From: Nanobdellati archaeon
GTDB lineage: Archaea > EX4484-52 > GLR71
Reading direction: 5' to 3'
Length of the DNA: 22,084 nucleotides
Assembly (NCBI GenBank): GCA_019429125.1
Contig: JAHYJO010000017.1
Span: forward strand, 1 to 22,084
The notes under the pieces are model-generated. The model was not told where the DNA came from, did no database searches, and was given only the letters and a program-made list of their open reading frames with translations. The position numbers and the translations under genes are program-made. Shown here piece after piece: positions 7,998 through 16,863 of the stretch (position 1 is the first letter of the stretch; every line of letters begins with the position of its first letter).

Positions 7998-8531
7998 ATG
8001 GTACGAATTAAAGGACACGAAATTACTCCAGTAATTACTAAACTCGCATATAACAGAAAAGCTTTACAGTTCAAAAATAATATTATCTCAACCCTAAGAT
8101 CTATCGGCGTCGATGAATACGACATCACAATACCTCTTGAAAGTATCTCAATAAAAAAAGCAAAAGCTCAAGCAACATGGTACTTAGACGGTTACAGAAT
8201 GCATTACAGCTACAATCTACAGAACAAATTTGTAGACAACTTATGGGTTGTACTCAAAGTTATAGAACTTGAAAGCAAACTGCTTATTTCTAAAGAACAC
8301 ACACTTGCAGAATTCGTCGCATCATTCAAAGAAGACAAAGATATTGATAAACAAAGAATAAACGCACGAGAACATATAGGTGTGGCTCACGATGAAACAG
8401 ATATAGAAACTATAAATCAAAAATACAAAGAAATGGCTCGAACATTACACCCTGACATGCCAACAGGCGACGTGGAAAAATTCAAGAAACTAAATAATGC
8501 GCACAAGATTTTAAAACGAGAATTGAGTTAA
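7998..8531 (+). CDS. Protein with C-terminal DnaJ (J) domain
   Basis: INQKYKEMARTLHPD...GDVEKFKKLNNAHKIL. ATG 7998 follows a GTGA SD-like motif. Confidence 0.85.
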   Translation: MVRIKGHEITPVITKLAYNRKALQFKNNIISTLRSIGVDEYDITIPLESISIKKAKAQATWYLDGYRMHYSYNLQNKFVDNLWVVLKVIELESKLLISKEHTLAEFVASFKEDKDIDKQRINAREHIGVAHDETDIETINQKYKEMARTLHPDMPTGDVEKFKKLNNAHKILKRELS

Positions 8532-8569
8532 AAATAACTCAAAAACTCTTTTTCTTTATTTTTTAAAAA

Positions 8570-10015
8570 TCAAGCCACATGTTCACAAACATCTTCTGCC
8601 TTCTTTGAAAAGAATTTGATAGCCTCAGCCAGTTCAACATGTTTCTTTGAATACTTAACAATATCAATGCCTGCAAGATACGCATCACATGCCTGCACCA
8701 ATGCCCGAGCCCCAGCCTTTGTCCCAGACGGATGCGCATGACACCCCGCACCCATAGTAGTGATGAAATCCACACCACCTATTGCATCAATGAACGGTTT
8801 AAGTAAAACAGGATTAAGCCCACCTGAAACGATAGGACAACATTTCTTCATACCACGCCAACTATCATCAGTCAGTATCACATGATGCGCAACATCTTCA
8901 TGCACAAGCCTCAAGACATCATCATCCTTGTCAGGTACCATAGCCCATGACTGACTAAAGAAATGCCCACGAGCAACAAGATTTAAAATCCCATGAGCTG
9001 CAGTTATGTCCTCTTTCTTGTCTCCCTGCATCTTACCTATTCCAGCCGTCCCCGTATGAATCCCTGACGCCCCCGCAAGACGAGCAAACTTAGAAAGCAC
9101 AAGAACAGTAAACCCGAACGGATTTTCAGATCTTGTAAACGCACCGTGCGCAGCCCTATGGAAATGTATGAAAACATCAGGATATCGTCTCCTTAACGTC
9201 TGAACAGCCATCCAGCCCGCAGTAATACCATCAATTAAAAAAGCATAACTTCCCGGCTCAAAACCGGCATTTCGAATCATCTCGCACCGAGTAATCATCG
9301 TATCAAAATCAGATGCAGATACATTAAACGAATGCACCTTCCTACAACCAGTCTCTTTCACAGCCTTGTCCATTGCCTCTTTAACATGTTTGATCATCTT
9401 ATCATACGGACAGAAATCCTGATTTGCCTGTGGCTCATCATTCTTTACAAAATCACCGCCACCAACCCAGAAATCATAGCATACCTCAGCATATTCAGCT
9501 GAAGTCAGCCCCATCTTTGGCTTTATTATGGTCCCTAAAATTGGTCGCTTATAAACATTAAGATATTTTCGCATGTCATCGATTGTATAACTTGGTCCGT
9601 CATACTGCTCAAGCATTGCCGGCGGAAACCAGAGATCCAGAAGTTTCAGTGCAGAAACCTGTTTCATCCCCAATACATTGCCTACAATATAAGTCAAGAT
9701 ATTCTGGACATTACCCACACGATCAAAAAGTCTCCAAGGATATGCGACCCATACCAGATTCTTTTTCATATCCACTTTATAGACTAGCGCATTCATCGCC
9801 CTTGAAAATGGAGTCTCAGTAGTGACCTTAAAATTAGTACCAGTTGACGATTCAGCCGCAATCTCAGCTGCAGCCTGAAGAATATTTAAACCATCACCGG
9901 CAATAAAATGAAACACGCAAAGAAGATATTCACCATTTTGAGTATTAGACAAATCCAAATTGACATAAGCTGCCTGTTTAGGATTCAACGTTTTAAGATA
10001 TTTATTCACTGTCAT
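8570..10015 (-). CDS. rbcL: RuBisCO large subunit, form II/III-type
   Basis: AAESSTGT, GTIIKPKMGL, GGDFVKNDEPQANQ, HFHRAAHG, GTAGIGKM, PIVSGG, GAGCHAHP. Extra insertion before KKCCPIVSGG. ATG at 10015 follows a GGTG SD-like motif. Confidence 0.95.
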   Translation of the reverse strand: MTVNKYLKTLNPKQAAYVNLDLSNTQNGEYLLCVFHFIAGDGLNILQAAAEIAAESSTGTNFKVTTETPFSRAMNALVYKVDMKKNLVWVAYPWRLFDRVGNVQNILTYIVGNVLGMKQVSALKLLDLWFPPAMLEQYDGPSYTIDDMRKYLNVYKRPILGTIIKPKMGLTSAEYAEVCYDFWVGGGDFVKNDEPQANQDFCPYDKMIKHVKEAMDKAVKETGCRKVHSFNVSASDFDTMITRCEMIRNAGFEPGSYAFLIDGITAGWMAVQTLRRRYPDVFIHFHRAAHGAFTRSENPFGFTVLVLSKFARLAGASGIHTGTAGIGKMQGDKKEDITAAHGILNLVARGHFFSQSWAMVPDKDDDVLRLVHEDVAHHVILTDDSWRGMKKCCPIVSGGLNPVLLKPFIDAIGGVDFITTMGAGCHAHPSGTKAGARALVQACDAYLAGIDIVKYSKKHVELAEAIKFFSKKAEDVCEHVA

Positions 10016-10158
10016 TTCAAAAGCACCATACACATAAAACTATTGATTCAAGTGTATATAAATATTATTATGTTATAACAATCACAATCATACAACAAAA
10101 TCATAAACATCCAATAACCTATAAATACAGACCTGACCATTTAATCTATGTGTGCCTT

Positions 10159-10749
10159 ATGATATCTAAACCAAAAAATAAAATTATAGTTGTAACCGGA
10201 ATCCCTGGCTCAGGAAAGACAACCATATTAACCCGTGCTTTAACAGCACTCAAAACCCAAAACATAAATTATACGCACCTGAGTTTCGGAACCGAGATGT
10301 TTGATATCGCAAAAAAAGAGGGCATAGTCAATACACGTGACCAACTACGAAAGATAGACACAGAAACACAAAAAAAAATACAGGTAAAAGCATCCAAACA
10401 AATAGTCAAAATATCAAAAAAGACAAACATAGTATTTGACACTCACGCCACAATCAAGACACCAAAAGGATACCTTATAGGTTTTCCTGAATGGGTCGTA
10501 AAAGAGATACGACCCGACATCCTTGTAATCATGGAAGCCACACCAAAAGAAATCCACCACAGAAGACAGGCAGATAAATCAAGAATAAGAGACCACGAGA
10601 CCGAAGAAGCAATTGAAGAGCACCAGATGATGAACCGTTCTGCGACAATTGTTTCAGGAACCATGAGCGGTTCCACAATAAACATAATAAAAAACAGACA
10701 CAATAAGATAAATGAAGCAGTCCATGAGCTTGTTGAAGTCATGAAATAG
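10159..10749 (+). CDS. adkA: Adenylate kinase, archaeal type
   Basis: VTGIPGSGKTT, SFGTEM, RDQLRK, DTHATIKTPKGYLIGFPEWV, RRQADKSRIRD. Confidence 0.92.
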   Translation: MISKPKNKIIVVTGIPGSGKTTILTRALTALKTQNINYTHLSFGTEMFDIAKKEGIVNTRDQLRKIDTETQKKIQVKASKQIVKISKKTNIVFDTHATIKTPKGYLIGFPEWVVKEIRPDILVIMEATPKEIHHRRQADKSRIRDHETEEAIEEHQMMNRSATIVSGTMSGSTINIIKNRHNKINEAVHELVEVMK

Positions 10750-10789
10750 AGATATAAAACTGATAAGACTAAATTATAAACAGATTATC

Positions 10790-11032
10790 ATGAAACAAAA
10801 TACAAAAACAAAATTAATCTCATTAATCATCAAAGACACAGCCAACCTAAAAAGGATTATCTCAGCAGCAATAATTATAATTATAATACTGATTACAGAC
10901 CTATCATCAATGTCACCTAATCAAACACGATTAATTCTGATAATACTTATTCTAGCCTCATACAACCTAGTAATATCCTTATTTGAAAGTCTAAAAAATC
11001 TAAAAAGGAAAAAACCGCTCAAAACAAAATAA
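10790..11032 (+). CDS. Small two-helix membrane protein, unknown function
   Basis: Two hydrophobic stretches, basic tail, TATA-like sequence ~35 bp upstream. Confidence 0.55.
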   Translation: MKQNTKTKLISLIIKDTANLKRIISAAIIIIIILITDLSSMSPNQTRLILIILILASYNLVISLFESLKNLKRKKPLKTK

Positions 11033-11052
11033 TGAAAAAGAAACCTCAAAAC

Positions 11053-11901
11053 TCATTTTACAATCTCATCTGATATTATATCTCCCTGAACACCTACAAC
11101 AATCAACCTTACATCTATTTTTCGAACTGATTCTTGAACCGCGCTAAGAACCAAATAAAACAGACCACTACAACAAGGCACTTCCATAATGATAACAGAC
11201 AATGACTTTATCTTTGCATCGTCAATCAATGCCACTAACTTACCAAGATAAACATCCTGACCCGAATCAAGCTTTGGACAAGCTATAGCAAGACTTCTGC
11301 CACAAAGATAATCTTTATGAAAATCACCAAGCGCATAAGCTGTACAATCAGCAGCCAGCAACACATCCTTCCCCTTAAAATACGGTGCAGAAACAGACAC
11401 TAAATGCAACTGCAAAGGCCATTGCATCAATTGAGATGCCCGTTTACCAGACTCATCACCACTAGACACAGCCTCAAACACACGCTCATTTGACTCTGGA
11501 CAATTACAATGCACATTCATACTCTTTGAACCACAAACATCAGAAAGTGGATTATAAATACCATTATCGCGAAGATAATCTACAGCTTCATCCAGATACT
11601 CTTTAGCATCATGATCTCTTAAATGTTCCATGTGCGCACGTATTACATTAACCCCTTTAGGCACTATATTTAATTCCATAACCTTTCTTTCATCATAAGG
11701 TTCTACATCTTGCTCAGAAATAGTAATAGCATCCAATGGACAATGCCCTATACACACCCCAAGACCATCACAAAAAATATCGCTTATAAGCCGTGCTTTC
11801 CCATCTATTATCTGCAGTGCACCCTCATGGCAATTAGGAACGCACTGCCCGCAACCATTACATTTCTCTTCATCAATCAACACAATTTTTCGCAAAACCA
11901 T
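11053..11901 (-). CDS. 4Fe-4S ferredoxin-domain iron-sulfur protein
   Basis: CNGCGQCVPNC and CDGLGVCIGHCP, plus C-terminal QWPLQLHLV, AADC, IACPKLD and MEVPCC motifs. Confidence 0.9.
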   Translation of the reverse strand: MVLRKIVLIDEEKCNGCGQCVPNCHEGALQIIDGKARLISDIFCDGLGVCIGHCPLDAITISEQDVEPYDERKVMELNIVPKGVNVIRAHMEHLRDHDAKEYLDEAVDYLRDNGIYNPLSDVCGSKSMNVHCNCPESNERVFEAVSSGDESGKRASQLMQWPLQLHLVSVSAPYFKGKDVLLAADCTAYALGDFHKDYLCGRSLAIACPKLDSGQDVYLGKLVALIDDAKIKSLSVIIMEVPCCSGLFYLVLSAVQESVRKIDVRLIVVGVQGDIISDEIVK

Positions 11902-11953
11902 AATAACTACCTTTTATATACTAAGTATAATAAAAATACTTATATATACCAAA

Positions 11954-11973
11954 TAGTATCAAAATAGATACTA
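11954..11973. promoter_or_regulatory. Palindromic operator, probable binding site of the adjacent HxlR regulator
   Basis: TAGTATC-AAAATA-GATACTA, perfect 7-bp arms, between a TATA-like box (11940-11948) and the ATG at 11973. Confidence 0.65.
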
Positions 11974-12335
11974 TGGATAGAGAATGTACAGTCGAAAAAA
12001 CAATTGATATCATATCAAAGAGATGGAGCCTTTTCATAGTATTGAGCATCTACAAAGACAACAACAATTCAAAAAGATACAACCAAATTAAAAATGACCT
12101 GAAAGACATAACACCAAAAATGTTATCCTTACGGCTCAAAGAACTAGAGACTGAAGGAATAATCAAAAAGATGATAGACTCTACAAACATACCAATAAAA
12201 ACCTTCTATTCCCTTACAGATTGTGGCAAAGATCTGATAACAATTTTGCAAGACATAAAATTATGGGGACTAAAATGGAAATTTGAAAACAAAATATGCA
12301 AAAATACAGCTTGTAAAGAATGTATATTACAATAA
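11973..12335 (+). CDS. HxlR/DUF24-family winged-helix transcriptional regulator
   Basis: CTVEKTIDIISKRWSLFI, ITPKMLSLRLKELETEGII, YSLTDCGKDL; C-terminal CxxxxCxxC. Confidence 0.92.
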   Translation: MDRECTVEKTIDIISKRWSLFIVLSIYKDNNNSKRYNQIKNDLKDITPKMLSLRLKELETEGIIKKMIDSTNIPIKTFYSLTDCGKDLITILQDIKLWGLKWKFENKICKNTACKECILQ

Positions 12336-12469
12336 AAATAATGACACAAATATGAAACATTTATATATATCATCAAATAAATCAATAGAATATATAATTA
12401 ACAAATATAAAACCCATAACATCAAAACAAAAATATATCATTTAAAAAAGCAAAAAGGATTAGATTCAA

Positions 12470-13243
12470 ATGACTCGTGTAATATGTATCGCTTCAGGAA
12501 AGGGTGGTGTCGGAAAGACAACACTTGCATCAAACCTCGCTCTTGCATTGAACGACTTCAACAAAAGAGTACTGATTATAGACACAAACCTTACAACCCC
12601 AAACCTAGGTTTCCACATGGGTATACCCTTATACCCAAAAACATTCCACGATCTCTTAAGAGGTGAAGCTTATGCTGAAGAAGCCACATACATACATCCC
12701 TCAGGCGTACACATAATGCCTGCTGGAATCTCACTCAGCGACCTTAAAAAAACAGACCCAAAAAACATGGACAACGTAATCCTTGACCTTGTAGGCAATC
12801 ATGACATAATAATTTTAGATGGTGCTGCAGGACTTGGCAATGAAGGCATAGCAGGACTAAAAGCTGCAGACGAAGTATTAATTGTTACAAATCCCGAACT
12901 GCCAGCCGTAACAGATGCCCTAAAGACAGTAAAGATTGCAGAAGAGATGGGCACACACATCTTAGGCATAGTATTAAACAAGCACAGAAATCAACCTTCT
13001 GAATTATCAATATCTGAAGTAGAAGCTCTTATGGGTTATCCAATCATCTCAATAATCCCTGAAGAGAAATACATGCAGGAAAGTCTTGCAGCAAAGACAC
13101 CTCTTGTCTCCTATAGACCAAACTCTATCACATCCCATGATATAAAGAAACTTGCAGGAAACATAATAGGTGTTGATTACCAACCACCGGTACAAGCAAG
13201 AGCATCTGGTCTTTTCTCAAAGATATTCAGTTTCTTGAAATGA
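12470..13243 (+). CDS. minD: Archaeal MinD-family ATPase
   Basis: Deviant Walker A ASGKGGVGKTT, DGAAGLG, VTNPELPAVTDA, C-terminal amphipathic helix GLFSKIFSFLK. Confidence 0.92.
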   Translation: MTRVICIASGKGGVGKTTLASNLALALNDFNKRVLIIDTNLTTPNLGFHMGIPLYPKTFHDLLRGEAYAEEATYIHPSGVHIMPAGISLSDLKKTDPKNMDNVILDLVGNHDIIILDGAAGLGNEGIAGLKAADEVLIVTNPELPAVTDALKTVKIAEEMGTHILGIVLNKHRNQPSELSISEVEALMGYPIISIIPEEKYMQESLAAKTPLVSYRPNSITSHDIKKLAGNIIGVDYQPPVQARASGLFSKIFSFLK

Positions 13244-13248
13244 ACTAA

Positions 13249-14098
13249 TTAAGAATCCAAATTATATTTGAATACAAAAGGTTTTGAACCTATTTTTTCA
13301 ATATGAGGCACTAATGGTGTTATATATCTACAAAAAACAGAAAAACCATATAATTTTGAAGGTTTAAGATTAACAACATACTTTAATACCTCAAACATTG
13401 AATCTCCATACTCAATAACATCATCAATCACAAATACATTCTGACCAGTAAGATTCTCACCTAAAAAATAATTATTATCTTTTTCAAAAACCTGTACTTT
13501 ACAATCGCTTCTTCTTGTTGAATATCTTAAAACAAACAGATGATCTTTTTCCATTATATGCATTATAAGATAAGCTGGCTCAAAACCACCAGATGCAACA
13601 GAAACAATGACGTCGTGCACTTTAAACTCACTATCAAAATTTTCCTGCAAAGCAATACCTAACTTTTGAACCCCATACCAAAAATGTCTCAAATAACGAA
13701 CCTTTGAAGATATATCAGTTTCACCATATTCAAAAATATCTGATAAATATGGCATAAATATATCCCATACCCTATAAGTATCAATACCTTTACCTTCATA
13801 AAAAGAACCAACTGACACAGTACCCGCTAAAATCAATTTGTTTAATATCTCCAATTTTAACGAAAAAACTTTACTTTTTCTACCAAAAACCTCATCCTGC
13901 CATTTTTGATTTTTTAATATATCATCTAATACAACTGAGTTATCATAAAAAGCTGTTCTTTAAAATCCACAGAGGATTATTCTCTTTTTGAATCATCTCC
14001 AAAAGTTCATCAAGCTTATGATTAGATACATATGATTTTGAATTAAGAAATTCAGTTTTATAGATTTCATCCAAATCAATTGATTCAACCATTTTCAT
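13249..14098 (-). pseudogene. Type I phosphoribosyltransferase-family gene with a single +1 frameshift
   Basis: PRPP motif VFVIDDVIEYGDS and VASGG. The annotated frame stays open upstream to ~13959. An ATG-led frame from 14098 (MKMVESIDLDEIY...NPLWIL) joins it if one A is removed at 13959-13961. Span 850 = 3n+1. Confidence 0.65.
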
Positions 14099-14197
14099 AA
14101 GGATTAATAAATACAGTTAATCTTTATAAATCATATAATTCTTAAAAAAACAGACAAATATCAAAAACTATAAAATATTACTATACCAACGATAGTC

Positions 14198-15199
14198 ATG
14201 AACACAGACAGATACTCTCGCCAAGTAAGACTCAAAGAATTCTCAGAAAATGATCAAAAACAGCTTCTAAAAAGCAAGATTGCAATAATAGGTATAGGTG
14301 CAACAGGAACAGTTGTTGCCGAACTCCTAGCACGCGCAGGCGTAGGCGACATCACAATCGCCGACCGTGACTACATAGAAACAAGCAATCTCCAAAGACA
14401 GACACTCTTTGACGAAAAAGACATAGGAAAAGCAAAAGCAGACGTTGCAAAAGAAAAACTCATACAGATAAACTCCGAAATAACAATAAACTCAATAACA
14501 CAAGACATAAACGCAACAAACATCCAACAAATAATAGATGGAAAAGACCTGATAATCGACTGCACAGACAACATAGAAACCCGTTTTCTTATAAATGACT
14601 GTTCAATGAAACACAAGATACCTTGGATCTATACAGCAGCCATAGGCTCAACAGGCGCCACCATGAACTTTGTCCCAAAAGACAGACCATGCTTTCGTTG
14701 TGTCTTCAAAGACATACCTAAAGGCCCAACCGAAACCTGTGAAACAAGCGGTATCTTAAACAGCGCATCGACGGCCATTGCAAGTTTTGCAGCAACCGAA
14801 GCCATAAAGATTCTGACCAAGAAAAAACACTCGACCACACTTATATACATAGATCTCTGGAACCAGAAGATAGACAAGATATATGTAAAGAAGAGAACAG
14901 AATGCCCATCCTGTAAAGGCGAATACGAATTCCTTGAAAGAAAAAAAGAGACTAAGATAATAACCTTATGCGGAAAAGGCGCATACCAAATAGTACCTGC
15001 AAAAGAGAAAAAACTAGACCTTGTAAAGATGTACCCGCAATTTAAAAACATAGGGACTGCAAGCGTCTTCGGCCCAGTATTACATTTCAAGCATGACCCT
15101 ATAGACATATCAATATTCAATGATGGCCGTGCAATAATAAAAAATGTCAAGAGCATTGACGAAGCAAAAAGCATATATTCAAGATATGTAGGCAACTAA
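14198..15199 (+). CDS. ThiF/MoeB/E1-like adenylyltransferase with C-terminal extension domain
   Basis: RYSRQ, GIGATG, DRDYIETSNLQRQ, DCTDN, CFRC/CPSC Zn sites, TCETSG, LCG...IFNDGRAII tail. Confidence 0.92.
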   Translation: MNTDRYSRQVRLKEFSENDQKQLLKSKIAIIGIGATGTVVAELLARAGVGDITIADRDYIETSNLQRQTLFDEKDIGKAKADVAKEKLIQINSEITINSITQDINATNIQQIIDGKDLIIDCTDNIETRFLINDCSMKHKIPWIYTAAIGSTGATMNFVPKDRPCFRCVFKDIPKGPTETCETSGILNSASTAIASFAATEAIKILTKKKHSTTLIYIDLWNQKIDKIYVKKRTECPSCKGEYEFLERKKETKIITLCGKGAYQIVPAKEKKLDLVKMYPQFKNIGTASVFGPVLHFKHDPIDISIFNDGRAIIKNVKSIDEAKSIYSRYVGN

Positions 15200-15231
15200 T
15201 TTATAAAAACTCAACTCCAAAAATGATAATT

Positions 15232-15864
15232 ATGAAACTAATAACACTTCTCTCAGGCGGTATAGACAGCCCAGTAGCAACTCACTTAATGCTTGAAAAA
15301 GGATGCAACATAATAGCACTCCACATGGACAACCGCCCATTCATAGACGACAGACCATTTGAGAAAGTAAAGAAACTTTTGACAATACTTGCAAAACACC
15401 ACAAGACAACAATAAAACTCTACGTTGCAAAACACGGACCTACCCAAGCCGAAGTAGTAAAGAAATGCGACAGGAAACTAACTTGTATCCTCTGCAGACG
15501 ATTCATGTACATGGTAGCAGAAAAGATTGCAGAAAAAGAAAAAGCAGATGGAATAATTACGGGCGAAAGCTTAGGTCAGGTAGCAAGCCAGACCCTTGAC
15601 AATCTATATGTCGAGGATTCCTGTATAACAACAAAAGTGCTAAGACCACTGATAGGTCTTGATAAACTAGAAATAATAAAGATTTCAAAAGAAATAAACA
15701 CATACCCTATATCAATCCTGCCCGGACAATGTTGCGGCCTAACCCCTATGTTCCCTGAAACTCACGGAAAGACTGAAGACATCAAATACGCAGAAAGTAA
15801 GCTAGATGTTAAAAATCTTGTAGATGATGCTGTAAATAGCGCAATAATAATAGAAGTCAAATAA
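15232..15864 (+). CDS. ThiI-like PP-loop tRNA sulfurtransferase catalytic domain (no THUMP domain)
   Basis: LLSGGIDSPVA, CILCRRFM, ITGESLGQVASQTLDNL, RPLIGLDKLEI, GQCC. Start is 15223 or 15232. Confidence 0.88.
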   Translation: MKLITLLSGGIDSPVATHLMLEKGCNIIALHMDNRPFIDDRPFEKVKKLLTILAKHHKTTIKLYVAKHGPTQAEVVKKCDRKLTCILCRRFMYMVAEKIAEKEKADGIITGESLGQVASQTLDNLYVEDSCITTKVLRPLIGLDKLEIIKISKEINTYPISILPGQCCGLTPMFPETHGKTEDIKYAESKLDVKNLVDDAVNSAIIIEVK

Positions 15865-15866
15865 TA

Positions 15867-16760
15867 TTATATATGCATAATTTGATTTATTAATTCAACA
15901 ATTTTTTCTTTAGTCTTCTTGACTGATTTCAAACGAATACTTATTATTTCATTAATTAAATTATTATTGTCCTCAAAAAAATAATTAATTTTATTCATGA
16001 GAAAATTATATTTTCTATCATCACTTAAATCCCCATAATGCCCAAAATTATAATCAATTTTAATATTTGCTAAATATTTCGGCAAAACCTCACGAGAATT
16101 AAGATAAATATATTTAGTATATAATTTAAGACGTCCTTCTTTTTCAAATCGTCTATTAGAAAAATATATATAAGTATTAATCATCCTAAATTCAGAATAT
16201 TTATATGCACGGCGCACAAAATCAACATCTTCAGCAACATATAATCCCTCATCAAACCCCCCAACCATATTAAAAAGAGCCACATCTACATATATAAAAA
16301 AACCAGGAGTTATAGGATTTATATAAGAATATGCTTTAAAATAAAGATTCAGGACAATATTTGCAGGAATATCTTTTACATTAAAAGGATAAAGAAAATG
16401 AAAACAATTAGCAATCCTTAATTTTTTAGATTTAACTTCACACAAAAATTTCTCTAAAAAATCATCATGAGGCAATAGCACATCTGCATCCAAAAAAAGA
16501 AGAGAGCGACCTTTAGCGATTTTAGCACCAGAATTACGTCCATGACCTGGACCTTTTCGCGCAATGTTCAAAACTTTAGCCCCATACCCTTCTGCAATGA
16601 TACACGTCTTGTCTTTTGAATCAGAATCTGCAACAATTACTTCATAATCCCTAAAGGTTTGTCTTTTTAAGACCTCTAACAATTTAGGTAAATATCTTTC
16701 TTCGTTCAAGGTAGGAATAATTATTGAAAGTTCAGGAGATCCATATGACAAAATAACCAC
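15867..16760 (-). CDS. Glycosyltransferase family 2
   Basis: SIIIPTLNEE, VIVADSDSKD, RNSGA, FLDAD, GGFDE..AEDVDF. Confidence 0.92.
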   Translation of the reverse strand: MVILSYGSPELSIIIPTLNEERYLPKLLEVLKRQTFRDYEVIVADSDSKDKTCIIAEGYGAKVLNIARKGPGHGRNSGAKIAKGRSLLFLDADVLLPHDDFLEKFLCEVKSKKLRIANCFHFLYPFNVKDIPANIVLNLYFKAYSYINPITPGFFIYVDVALFNMVGGFDEGLYVAEDVDFVRRAYKYSEFRMINTYIYFSNRRFEKEGRLKLYTKYIYLNSREVLPKYLANIKIDYNFGHYGDLSDDRKYNFLMNKINYFFEDNNNLINEIISIRLKSVKKTKEKIVELINQIMHI

Positions 16761-16863
16761 ACAAATAAGTAATTATCAGAAACATATTTAACTGTTTACA
16801 TAAAATTAATCTAAACACAATAATTCCAAATTTAATACAAATCATATTAAAGGTGAAAATTAA

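Noticed and set aside
8570-10015. Calvin-cycle autotrophy
   Set aside because: No phosphoribulokinase or other CBB genes in the window, and this RuBisCO form is associated with nucleotide salvage.
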